Source: Hypanus sabinus
Taxonomy: Eukaryota
Direction of reading: 5' to 3'
Assembly (NCBI RefSeq): GCF_030144855.1
Contig: NC_082730.1
Location: 14,632,001 to 14,696,000, forward strand
Length of the DNA stretch: 64,000 bases
The position numbers were made by a program, and so were the translations under genes. This document shows positions 52,040 to 63,216 of this stretch, piece by piece. How positions within the stretch are numbered: position 1 is the stretch's first letter; each line of letters opens with the position of its first letter. The notes beneath the pieces were generated by a model, which was not told the origin of the DNA, ran no database searches, and saw nothing but the letters and a program-made list of their open reading frames with translations.

Positions 52040-54580
52040 CTGTTTCAGGTAATTGAAAATTGCAAGTACATATAATATCATGCAACTAATATATGCAGAC
52101 ATCCACAGTATAGTAAATTTTAAAACTATCCCATTCAGGCCTAAAGATTTAATCACTGTGGAGGATTTCATACTCTTGTGGGGTAACACCTTTACTGACA
52201 AGGGGGAATCACTCTGTTTGGCATGCAAGATGTGACTGAGAAATGGTGTCAGGTTCTGAGGCCTTCTCCATGGTGGTGGTAAGAGCTGACTCTGAGACTG
52301 CAGCAAGTGGTTCTGACAGCTCTGGACACTGTGGTTCTCCTTCCCTTTTCTTTCTTTTGTTTATACATTTTGGTCTTGGGGAGATGCAGTTAGTTAATTG
52401 GGGTATTCTCTCATTAATCCTTCTAGTTTATGATCTGATCTCACCGCTTGGTTTCCACATCCACATCATCATCTGATGTAAAGTCTGCTTTCGACTCTTC
52501 ATTGACTCCTTTCCTTTTGACCTTCCATTAATCCAGCTGAGCTTTGGACATTGCTTCTATTTTTACAAGCAGATTTCTTTCTCCCACTAGAAGTTCATGC
52601 AATAAGCATAATGCACACAGAGTAGATTCTGGATCTTTACATTCACTTACAACTTTCCTGAAGATCCTTGAACTCTCTTCCATTTTAAAACCAAGCTATA
52701 TTTCACACATAACTGCCTGACTAACATGCCAGAACCTTTCTCTGAAATATTGCCAACAAGAACTGTTGTAAATGGACCAGTGCTTTTGTGACTTTCACAT
52801 TTCCTTTGATCAGCTTGCTCCTTCCTTGGTCCAACACGCATTCCAACCAGAAGTACAGATGTTGGCACCAACACCTCTTAGTCCTCTGTTGGGCAATGGT
52901 TCATGTTGTTTCTCATGGAGACAGTTGTGGCATCACCCAGTACCTTTCTCAATGTGTTTTCAGTTGGCTTCATTACAGGGGATATTGTATGGGTCTCCAA
53001 TCAAGTAGAAGTTGTCTCAGCCAAGTATGTCTCCACAATTCTAGTCCTTCTATTTTTAGCACACGTAAGCTCAACGTGGCTTGCTGTTTGTTGTATTTCA
53101 CAGTTACAAATGTTATTCCTACAGGAGTTTTATTTTCTCCAGGATAAGTTCTTAGCTGAGCATCTGCAGGCCTCAGGAGTCTTTGAAATGCTGTTCAAAA
53201 TCATTTTGTGGAATGACTGAAAGACAGAATCAGCAGAACCCAGTGTCCAATTCCATTTTAATTATTTGCCCCATTTATTACCAGCGTAAACAATATTGCT
53301 TGTCTATTGTTAATTTTCACACAGTAAATCTTTAGGCTACATAGTCTAGTGTCACTCTCATCATCATCAGATTTTTCAGCTGCAGCATGTAGATTAGTGC
53401 TCTTTTGAAGCTGCAACTTGACTTTTTAATCTTTCTCTCTTCCCTGTACTGTTCATTTATATTTTTGCTCTGCCTGATATGCTCTATGTATGTGTCCTGC
53501 TTTGTTGCACTTTCTGTAAGTTTCACCGTTAAACCAGCCTTTGTTTGGTGAATGTGAGCCCCTGACACAACGGTAACACAATATTTGTTTGTCATGGCTG
53601 GTTATGGTTCAGAAATTGCAATTTGTTCACATTCACTTTCATTCCTAACTGCAATTCAATTGCATCTCTTTCAGCAGTTTCTGTTGAGACACAAGTTTCC
53701 ACTGTTCTTTTTAATGTGAGTTTTGATTCAGTTAGGAGTCATTTTTGAACGTTTTCTAGTAAGATTCCACAAACTAAATAATCTCTTAGTGCATCATTAA
53801 TCGCATTACCAAACTGACGATGCTCAGATGATCTCTTCAATTCAGCCATGTACACTTTTTGATTCCACTTATGAAACCTAAAGCATTCTGCAATCAACAA
53901 TGACTTTGGTTCCAAATATTCCTGCGCTACTTTGAAAATATCAGCAAAACTCATTTCTGCTGATTTGCTTGGAGCAGTCAAATGTTGAAGCAAACTGTAT
54001 GCCTTTAAAGGCAATGTTCTCAGCAAAACTGGTAATCATTTTTCATTGTCAATTTTATTCACTTTAAAATATGGTTGAATTAGCTTAATACACATATTCT
54101 AATATCTATTGCGGAACCAATCCTTCCAGCATAGACAGCTATTTCTCTTTATGAACCCGTGAATTTAGCTGTTTTCTGACTTTTTAAAAACTCAATCATG
54201 TTTTCCCTGCAAAGAAGAAGCACTGCACTGCTTTTTCTTAAATTATACTCAACTATGCTGGGTTATGATTTTCACTGCAGTTCAACAGTTTGATAATGTT
54301 CTTGGGTATGTTTTAAAATTCCTCATTGCCAATATTATATTTTGTAACTTCAGAACACTAAACTAATTCAAAGGAAAACACAGAAGTATGGGAATGCAAT
54401 TCTAACTTTGTTCTTTAAGTGAGGCCCACATGTACCATATGTGTTACATACATTATCACTGTACCACGTATTTATACACATAACCCATAATGAATTATTT
54501 GAACTAACAAGAAAGCTTAATCAACTACTATCTATATATTCAAGACTACTCAAATGTAACTGAAATATTGAATATGCAAG
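52040..54580 (-). mobile_element. Deleted Gypsy (Mag/K02A2.6-like) element: 5' LTR ~54333-54580, PBS, gag and pol remnants
   Basis: ORF 53739-54026 (YSLLQHLTAP..LEPKSLLIAECFRFH..DALRDYLVCG) is Gypsy gag; PBS-like TTGGCAATGAGGAA at ~54318-54331; integrase C-terminal remnant near 52150-52450. Confidence 0.75.
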
Positions 54581-55624
54581 TGTCCAATAGTTGGGGAGTC
54601 TAGGACCAGAGGACACAGTTTCATAATAGCAGGACATCCCATTAGAACAGAGATGAGGAGGAATTTCTTCAGCCAGAGCATGGTGAAGGTGTGGAATTAA
54701 TTACCACAGATGGCTGTGGATGCCAAGTCATTAGGTATATTTAAAGCGGAGGTTGACATGTTCTTGATTAGTAAGGGAGCTGAAGGCTACAGGGAGAAGG
54801 CAAGAGACTGGGGTTGAGAGGGATAATAAATCAGCCATGATAGGATGCTGTAGCAAACTTGACAGGCCAAATGGCCTAATTCTGCACCTATGTTTATGGT
54901 CTTATGCTCTTGACTCCCTCATGAAAAGCCAGGAGCTTGAAATTGATCTGTTTGCCATGTATGAATTTTCATTCTCAACTAAACCAAAAGGATAAACCAT
55001 TTATTAACATCAGCAGTTTATAAACAAGTATTTTAACTGATTATTTATCAATTATTGGAATATACAACAGCATTGACCTCTGACATGTGAAACCACAGAA
55101 GAGAGTTTATTAGGGTAAAATGGTCTTAATCCATTCACAGCCACGTTAGGGTTAAAATTTATTACTGGGACAACAAAAAAAAAACATATTGAGATCAGTG
55201 AGGTTGACATGTTGGAAATAGAATGCTGAAAAGAAGTCACTGTCTTGAAGTATGGTAATATTACTTTGTCACCTTCATGAAGTTAACAATTCAATGACAA
55301 GAGAGGTTAACTCTTCACAAATGATGCAAGTTGCACAAGAGGGAAGAAGTATGGATATTTTATCTTGGTGCAAAATTCCAGCAGTCAGAAGCCTTCACTT
55401 TACCTTATAGACCAGTCTGTGAGGGTCTGATTCATCAGGTTTCTGTAAAAGGCAATGGTCAAATCATCAGACTCATCGACACTGGGAAATCTGCTTAAGA
55501 GTTGTATTTGGACTCCAATATATTCACATCAAGCATTCTGCACACATACAGTGTGTCAACATCTTGTCAATATCATCTGAAAATATCTTTGGATTGACCA
55601 GTGGATAAGGAAAATTAAATGTGT

Positions 55625-55781
55625 TTAAATGTCTTTCCTCAAATGATGAGTACGATTGAAAGCAAATTCCATTGACCTCCATAAACCTACCTTAGTTTGT
55701 CTTGTGAACCACGTAACTGAAATAGTGCCAATCATCAGCAGAGTGAAGAGCAGCCAACGAAGCACTTTCCATATCATGAAA
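55625..55781 (-). CDS. Transmembrane/terminal exon of G4: FMIWKVLRWLLFTLLMIGTISVTWFTRQTKVGLWRSMEFAFNRTHHLRKDI*
   Basis: Acceptor ctcttcccctttactcag|T (phase 2) matches the phase-2 donor at 59977. About 24 hydrophobic residues with Arg-Trp; TAA at 55625. An internal AAG|GTAGGT could be an alternative donor. Confidence 0.85.
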
Positions 55782-56529
55782 CTGAGTAAAGGGGAAGAGA
55801 TACAGAACTGATGAGATGAAACAAGATGTCTTTGCGTTTGAAACATTAACCTTCTGTTCCCTCTGTAACATTATTGGTGTTGAGTGAGGTAAATAAACAG
55901 AGTCAGAGGAGTTCAACTAGAAGAGTACACTAGTATTGATTGAACAGCGGGATTCAGGAGGGTTACCAACCTGTGATCATCAATTACGGACTGTGACATG
56001 GTCATGTACAAATGAGTTCTTTGATTTAGGAAGTACAAAGTGAAAATGGATTTAGAAGAAATAATGAAGCATAGAGGTGCCTTTATGATACTGAAATATC
56101 ATTGGAGGAAGTGGACACAGCTGTAAGGAACATGCCACATAGTATGTGATTTTTTTTCCATTGCCACCATCAGGGAGGAGGTAGACAAGCATGAAGACAC
56201 ACACTCAATGTTTCAGGAACAGATTCTTCCCCTCCACCAGATTCCTGAAGGCATAATGAACCAACCCATGAAGACTGCCTCAGTATTTTTGCTTTCTTTT
56301 TGTACTACTCATGAATATATATTTCTTATTGCAATTTATAATTTTTATGTATTTCACTGTACTGCTGCCACAAAATAACAAGTTTCATGACCTGTGCCAA
56401 TGATATTAAACCTGATTCTGATTCTGTGAGGAAGACAGAAATCTCTATCGTGTAGGTAGATATGAAAGATAATGAATGATGCATACTGAGAAAACAATCA
56501 TGAGGGTGATCAAAAAGTGTAATTCCCTA

Positions 56530-57000
56530 GTAAACACAAAGTACACTGCAGATGCTGTGGTCAAATCAAGACATACAAAAAAGCTGGATAAACTCAGCAG
56601 GTCAGGCAGCATCCGTTGAAAGGAGCAGTCAACGTTTCGGGCCGAGACCCTTCAACAGGACTAAAGGAGGAGGGGGCAGGGGCCCTATAAAGAATGTGGG
56701 GGGAGGGTGGAATGTGCCAGGTGAAAAACCAATCAGAGGAAAGATCAAGGGGTGGGGGAGGGGAAGCAGGGAGGGGATAGGCCGGAGAAGTGAAGAAGGA
56801 ATATAAGGGGAAAGCACTATGGGTAGTATTCTCCATGACTACTCCTTCACTAACCTCATCCCATGGTCTGAGGAGGAGTTTTGCTTGTTTGCCAAACCCC
56901 AAACTATGGGTCTCAGCCCAAAACATTGACTGTTCCTTTCAACGGATGCTGCCCGACCTGCGGAGTTCATCCAGCTTTTTTGTACGTCTTGAGTGTAATT
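56530..57000. mobile_element. Penelope-derived short element with ~90-bp inverted termini and a degenerate hammerhead motif (56628-56661)
   Basis: aaaaagctggataaactcagcaggtcaggcagcatccgttgaaagg at left is the reverse complement of cctttcaacggatgctgcccgacctgcggagttcatccagcttttt at right. Related copies at ~2640-2800, 5800-5950, 11560-12010 and 16110-16330. Confidence 0.65.
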
Positions 57001-58309
57001 CCCTGACTGCAGTGGGCAAAGTGAAATTGAGTTCAATGGTTTCTAAAGATCTCACTTGCAAGAGAAGGTCTAAAATCCCATTAAGAGACTTTGTAAATTG
57101 AGGAAACAATGGGGTAAATCAATCAGGGCAATGAAAATGACCACAATAGAATGCAATTATAATGATAAGTTATTAGGAACCATGTAGGAATAAAAGCCAG
57201 TTATCTCAAGACAATGACAACATTTTTCATTGTGGTCATTCATTGATTATATTGGTTATTGGAATTACCAAATATCCCTGCATGAAAACAAATCTCAGGG
57301 ATGTATATGGTGACATACATGTACCTTAATAATAAATGTACTTTGAGGTTTGAAATCTTTTCTACAATTCATCCAGTTCAATTACATCTCTTCTTTAGCA
57401 GAGAACCAAAGCTGAACACAACACTCCAAGTGTCATCTCATCAATTGTTTTGTACAACTGAAACATCACATCCCAACTTCTCTACACTGACTGATGCCAA
57501 GTGCCTTCTTCGCTACCTTTTTGAACTCTGACTGCACAATCAAGGAACCATGTCCCTGAATTCCAAGATCCCATTGTTATTTAAATTTTTTCAAAGCTGA
57601 CCAATCACTGTGAAAGTCTTACTTGATTTGACTTTTGAAAATGAAAATAATTTGCACATATCTGAATTAAATTCTACTTGTTATTCCTCAGCTCAAATAC
57701 CAAGCTGATAAAGATCCAGTGTAATTCTTCAAAATCCTATTCACTGTCTTAAAAATTGTCTGAGTGTCATCTACAAATGAATATTTTTTTCTGCAATTAC
57801 TGTTGTTGAGTCATTGGCCAATCCTGCAAATTGTTACCTTATTGCTTTTTGCTCTACCTGCAATCCTTGAGTCAGTAAATGTCAGTGAATATTACAGCAA
57901 GGGGAAAAAGCATCCTGGGGTTTGGCAAATAAACAAAACTCATCCTCAGACCATGGGATGAGGTTAGTGAAGGAGTAGTCATGGAGAATACTGCATGGCA
58001 ACTCTTTGAGTGCAGCAAATGATTCTAATTTCCTAAGAAGAAACTAGACTTGTTTTCCTTGGAGAATATAAGGTTCAGAATGGCTATGATTGACGGATGA
58101 AAAATTATGAGATATACAATTTGGATAGGAGAAAGCAAACATCCCCTTCTCAGAGGTGAATAAAACTAGTTAACATAGATTTAGAAGGGATTTGAATGGA
58201 TTGTTTTCACCCAGAGAGTGGTGGAAACAGTCACAATCAGTGTTCGTGAAGTGTCTGAATGAAGTCTTAAGTCAGATCTCCACAGAAGGCATTGGGCCAT
58301 GTGCTGGAA

Positions 58310-58800
58310 GATAACCATATAACAATCACAGCACGGAAACAGGCCATCTCGGCCCTCCTAGTCCGTGCCAAACACTTTATCTCATCTAGTCCCACCTACC
58401 CGTACTCAGCACATAACCCTCCACTCCTTTCCTGTCCATATACCTTTCCAATTTTACCTTAAATGACACAACTGAACTGGCCTCTACTACTTCTACAGGA
58501 AGCTCATTCCACACAGCTATCACTCTGAGTAAAGAAATACCCCCTCGTGTTTCCCTTAAACTTCTGCCCCCTAACTCTCAAATCATGTCCTCTCGTTTGA
58601 ATCTCCCCTACTCTCAATGGAAACAGCCTATTCACGTCAACTCTATCTATCCCTCTCAAAATTTTAAATACCTCGATCAAATCCCCCCTCAACCTTCTAC
58701 GCTCCAATGAATAGAGACCCAACTTGTTCAACCTTTCCCTGTAACTTAAGTGCTGAAACCCAGGTAACATCCTAGTAAATTGTCTCTGCACTCTCTCTAA
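58310..58800 (-). mobile_element. CR1 LINE 3' fragment
   Basis: ORF 58504-58890 (LERVQRQFTRMLPG..LGLYSLERRRLRGDLIEVFK) and an (ATATG)-type tail at the left end. Confidence 0.9.
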
Positions 58801-58949
58801 TTTAGATAAGATAGGGTTTATTGTGCAGTATTGTGCAAATGTCTTAGGCACATGTGAAATAATTCTGTAATGTGAAGATGCTATCATCAATAATGAAATG
58901 AAAAGTCTCTAACTATCAAACAAATGCTATATAGAGCAGCAAATAGTAA

Positions 58950-59180
58950 AAAAAAAACTAAATCAAAACAACATTGGCTTTAAGACTGGATCAAATCTGT
59001 TTGGTACACAGTCATACAATTTTATAAGCAAGTTAGCTGGGAGGTTGTTCCAAGCATCTTGGAGAACTTGCCACAGTTCTTCTGCGGGCTTTAGCTGTCT
59101 TGCTTCCTTCTGTCTCTCCAGGTAATCCCAGACAGCCTCAATGTTGAGATCAGGATTCTGTAGATGCCAAAACATCTGAA
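58950..59180 (-). mobile_element. Tc1 transposase C-terminal fragment
   Basis: ORF 58963-59175 contains NPDLNIEAVW (SPDLNPIE-like) followed by EELWQVLQDAWNNLP. Confidence 0.8.
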
Positions 59181-59976
59181 ACCATACAATAGTCTAGGGG
59201 GCCTTAGACTTTAGCACAGTACTGCAGATGGATGTGTAATGGAAAGCCACATGTCTATGTTGTATGGCTCTGGGACTGTGTGAACCTATTACACAACACC
59301 ATGATATGAACCCTGAACCTTAAAGTTCAAAGTAGATTTATTGACAAAGGACATAAATGTCACCATATACAATTCAGGGATTCTTTTTTATTGTGGGCAT
59401 ACTTAAAATATCTATAGAATAATAACCACAACAGAATCAATGAAAAACTGCCCACGTAGAGCATTCAACCAGATTATAGAAGACAGCAAACTGTGCAATT
59501 AGAAAAAGAAGAAATAATAAATATTGAGAACATGAATTGAAGAGTCCTTGAAAGTTATTACATTGGTTTTGGGAAAATCTCAATGATGTGGCAAGTGAAG
59601 GTATCACCTGGCCTGTTGAATTCCTTCAGTATTTTGTGTGTGTTGATGAGACAAGTGAAGTTCAGTGAACTTTTCCCCTTTGTTTGTTCATTAAACACTA
59701 ATTATCTACTTCTAAAATATGAACTAATATTAACTTTGAAGTCCAAGTTATTACAAATTATTTAGAGAGATTTAGTTATTTATCTTGGAGTCTTGGGATT
59801 AAAAGATGTAGGAGAGCATTGGTTGTACCACTGAAAACAACATTGACGCAGACATTCTGTACAAGCAAATAATTCTAATTTCTCCCTTAATTATCTCTCA
59901 CATGGGAACAGGACTAATCATAGCACCAGCAATGAGAACATTGTACCTTTAAGCAGAACTATGTCAAGAGGTTTAC

Positions 59977-60022
59977 CTTGCAGTTGATACTGTTGTAAAT
60001 GTTTCACATGAATATTCACGTC
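59977..60022 (-). CDS. 46-nt linker exon of G4: (x)GA-REYSCETFTTVSTA-(AG)
   Basis: Acceptor ttatctttccttgtctcaacag|GA (phase 1) and donor GCA AG|GTAAAC (phase 2), exactly converting phase 1 to the phase-2 TM exon. Confidence 0.75.
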
Positions 60023-60105
60023 CTGTTGAGACAAGGAAAGATAATTCAGTCTCACATGCTTTGCAAATGCAGCCAAGCAAGAGTACATGGTTGACGGGTG
60101 GAAAC

Positions 60106-60428
60106 TCATGCCTCAATAAAGGACTGATTGGTTACATGGAGGTGAGTAATTTCTGTTTCCTGTGCAAATGTGAACATCGATGTTCCTGGGGAAGTTATGG
60201 GGCTTGGATCGCTGGGATTGAAAACCTTATTTAATCCTGTGCGAACAGAAGTGGAAGTTCCAGCTGGGCTAATGACTGCTGCCAGCACTGGGAGATCTGT
60301 TGTTGGGGTCGCAACATCTACCAGAGGGATGAACTCATCTCTGCTCAGAGGGTATGTGGAGATATTGGACCAAGTACAGTTGTTGATACGACAGTGTAAT
60401 GCTTCTGTTCTCAATGAAAAGGCAACTC
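60106..60428 (-). CDS. Putative Ser/Thr/Pro-rich (mucin-like) stalk exon of G4; donor not identifiable, frame runs to TGA
   Basis: Acceptor tttacattataccag|GA (phase 1), then 106 open codons (VATPTTDLP..SPAGTSTS..PSDPSPITSPGTS), ~85 nt upstream of the linker exon. Confidence 0.5.
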
Positions 60429-61557
60429 CTGGTATAATGTAAAATACTGGAGGAACTCAACAATTCAGACAGCATCTACGTAAAGAATAAACAGTTAACA
60501 TTTCAGGCCGAGATCTTTCTGATGTAGGAGATTGGTCTGAAACTTTGACCGTTTATACTTTTGCATAGATGCTGCCTGACCAGTTGAGTGCTTACAGCAT
60601 TTTGTAAACGTGGTTCTTGTTCTACTGCATCTACAGAATCTCTTGTGTTCCTGTTCTAATAGTGGGCAGACAAATGTCAGTAAACATCAGAGTTATACAG
60701 TATGGGAGCAGGCCCTTCAGCTCAACTCATTCACACTGATCAGTGTGTTTAACTAATCTCGTCTCATTTGCCTATATTAAACCCACATCTCTTTTCCAGA
60801 AATGTTTAAGTCATTTTTATGTTATCCACCTCTACCAATTCATTCAGTAATTTGTTCCAGATAACCCCCCCAATCTGTGTGTAAAAATACTGCCCCTCCT
60901 GTCCCTTTTATATTCAACATTGAGCAGTAAAACACAGTACAGACCATTCAGCCCACAATGTCACAGCCTTAAACCTACTCTACGATCAATCTAACCCTTC
61001 CCTCTACACAGCACACAACCATTTAAGAGTCCCTTAAATATGCCTGATATATTTAGCAGCATCACAATAAATCTCCTCTAAAACCTCAAGTTGCCACAGT
61101 CTTCTTATAATGAGGTGACCAGTACTAAACACTATACTCCAAGTGTGGACTAACCAGAGTTTTATACAGCCCTAACATTACCTCTTGGTTCCTGACTTCA
61201 ATCCTTTGATTAATGAAGGCCAATACAGCAGGTGCCTACCTCACCATCCTATTAACTTGTGTGTCAACTTCAAAAGACATTTGGTTTTGGACCCCAATAT
61301 CTTGCCATTAATCTTGTACTTTGCCTTAAAATTTTATCTTATCGAATGTATAGCCTCATACTTTTCCAGATAGAATTCAATCTGGCTCTTCAGAGCCCAG
61401 TTCTGTATTCTATCTCCGTAAGACTACAAAGACCGTAGAATTAGGCATTCAGCCCATCGCATGTGCTCAGCCATTTTATCATAGCTGATCCATTTCCTTG
61501 TCAACCTCATTCTCCTTCCTTCTCCCCATAAACTTTCACGCTCTGACTAATCAAACA

Positions 61558-62751
61558 TGTTATGGTGTGCTCCCACAGGGCTGGACCCAAGTGTGGAGGA
61601 ATGGCAGGATGCCCAGACTGCGATGGAACCAAGAGGTAAGATGTTGGAATCAGAGCCTCAGAGGAACGACTGAGTAACACCATGAGGTAATTCATCCTTT
61701 CTGACACAATGGCCACCGCAAGGCCCCAACTGAGTATCCTTCTTAAGTAATCACAGACTGAGGGAAATAGGAGCCAGCCACAATTAACTTGACAAAGTCA
61801 AACCAAAAAATACAAGGGCTTATCAACTCTAGTTAAGGCACTGTTAACAAACACAGGTGCCTAAACACCCCAGTGCACTACAGAACTCAGCAGGGTTCAA
61901 ATAGTTCCTCCCCTCCTAAGGCTGGCACTTGACTGTCCAGGGAGCTCTTCAGGCAAGTCTGAAAACACAGGGCAGTCCTGGACCTTGAGGCAGCAGTGGA
62001 GAATCTAGAAAAGATCTGCTGCTCCTGAGACAGGCCTTAAAGACACAAGGCAAACCTCAAGGGAGCTCTTGAGGCAGGTCAGAAAAACACAAGGGAAACT
62101 TGGAGCTCAAGAATCTGGAAACAGGTCCAAAAAACACAATGGTGACCTGGAGCTTGAGGCAGTGCTGGAGAATCCAGAACAGATTTGGAGCTCTCAAGGC
62201 AGGTCTGAAAAAACACAAGACAGAACTGGAGCTCGAGGCATAGCATACAACTTGAAACCATAGCATTTGACTTTAATGCACAGCATGTGACTTGGAAACA
62301 CAGCATTTAACTCAGGAAAAAAAGCATAAGATGGAAGACCTTATGAAATTTGTTGACCCAGAGAACTGTGGAAAAAAATCTTGAACACAGACTGGAGAAG
62401 CTCAGAACCTCCACTGGGTCCATACAGTGGGAGTCATTCCATCATGGTGCAAACCCTGAGGACTGGATCCAGATGTAGAGGAACAGCGGGGTCCCCAGGC
62501 TGAGACGCAAGGTAAGACATTGGAATCGAAGCCTCAGAAAAGCAATTAGTAACACCATGAGGTAATTCATCCTCTCTGACACCATGATCACGCCTGAGGC
62601 AGCAACTGAGATTCCTCCTTAAATAATCATAGAAACATGAGCCAGCCACAATTAACTTGACAAGATCAAACCGAAAACACAAGGGCTTATCAACTGTAGT
62701 TAAGGCACTGATTAGCAAATACAGGTGCTCAAATACCCCAGAAGCTCAACA
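61558..62751 (-). mobile_element. Small non-autonomous LTR element (two ~310-340 bp direct repeats, 61558-61900 and 62441-62751)
   Basis: The two repeats align (agtaacaccatgaggtaattcatcct..gagccagccacaattaacttgaca..aagggcttatcaact). PPT-like aggaggggaggaac on minus at ~61905-61918 and ATG GAC CCA GTG gag-like start at ~62422; no TSD seen. Confidence 0.5.
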
Positions 62752-63216
62752 CTCTATGGCGAGCCACAAGGCACATGACAAAGAACCTATGAACCACTGC
62801 CTTAAATGCACTTGACCTCCACTGACACCGATGGCAAAGAATTCCAGTCTCACTACCCTCTGGAAAAAGAAATCCCTCCTTATCTTTGTTCTAAATGGAC
62901 ATCTTTCTCTTTTGAGGATGTGCCTTGTGGTCATTGACTCCCTCACCAAAGGAACATGCTCTTCACATTCACTCTATCCAGGCCTTTCAACATTTGATTG
63001 GTTTCAATAAGTTTCCCCCTTATTCTTCTAAATTCCAGTGAGTAGAGGTCCAGAGCCTTCAGTTGCTGCTCATTTGAGAACCCTTCCATTCTCAGAATCA
63101 TTCTTGTGAATTTCATTTGAATCCTCTCCAAAGTCAACACATTTTAGATAATAGGCCTAGAAATGCTCACGATAGTCTCAGTCTTACACAGCCTTAGCAT
63201 TAGATCCTTACTTTTA

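Noticed and set aside
55848-55916. Extra stalk exon ending ACA GAA G|GT just upstream of the TM exons
   Set aside because: Stop codons upstream in the S/T-rich frame, GC instead of GT in the 20.7-kb paralogue, and phase incompatible with the TM acceptor.
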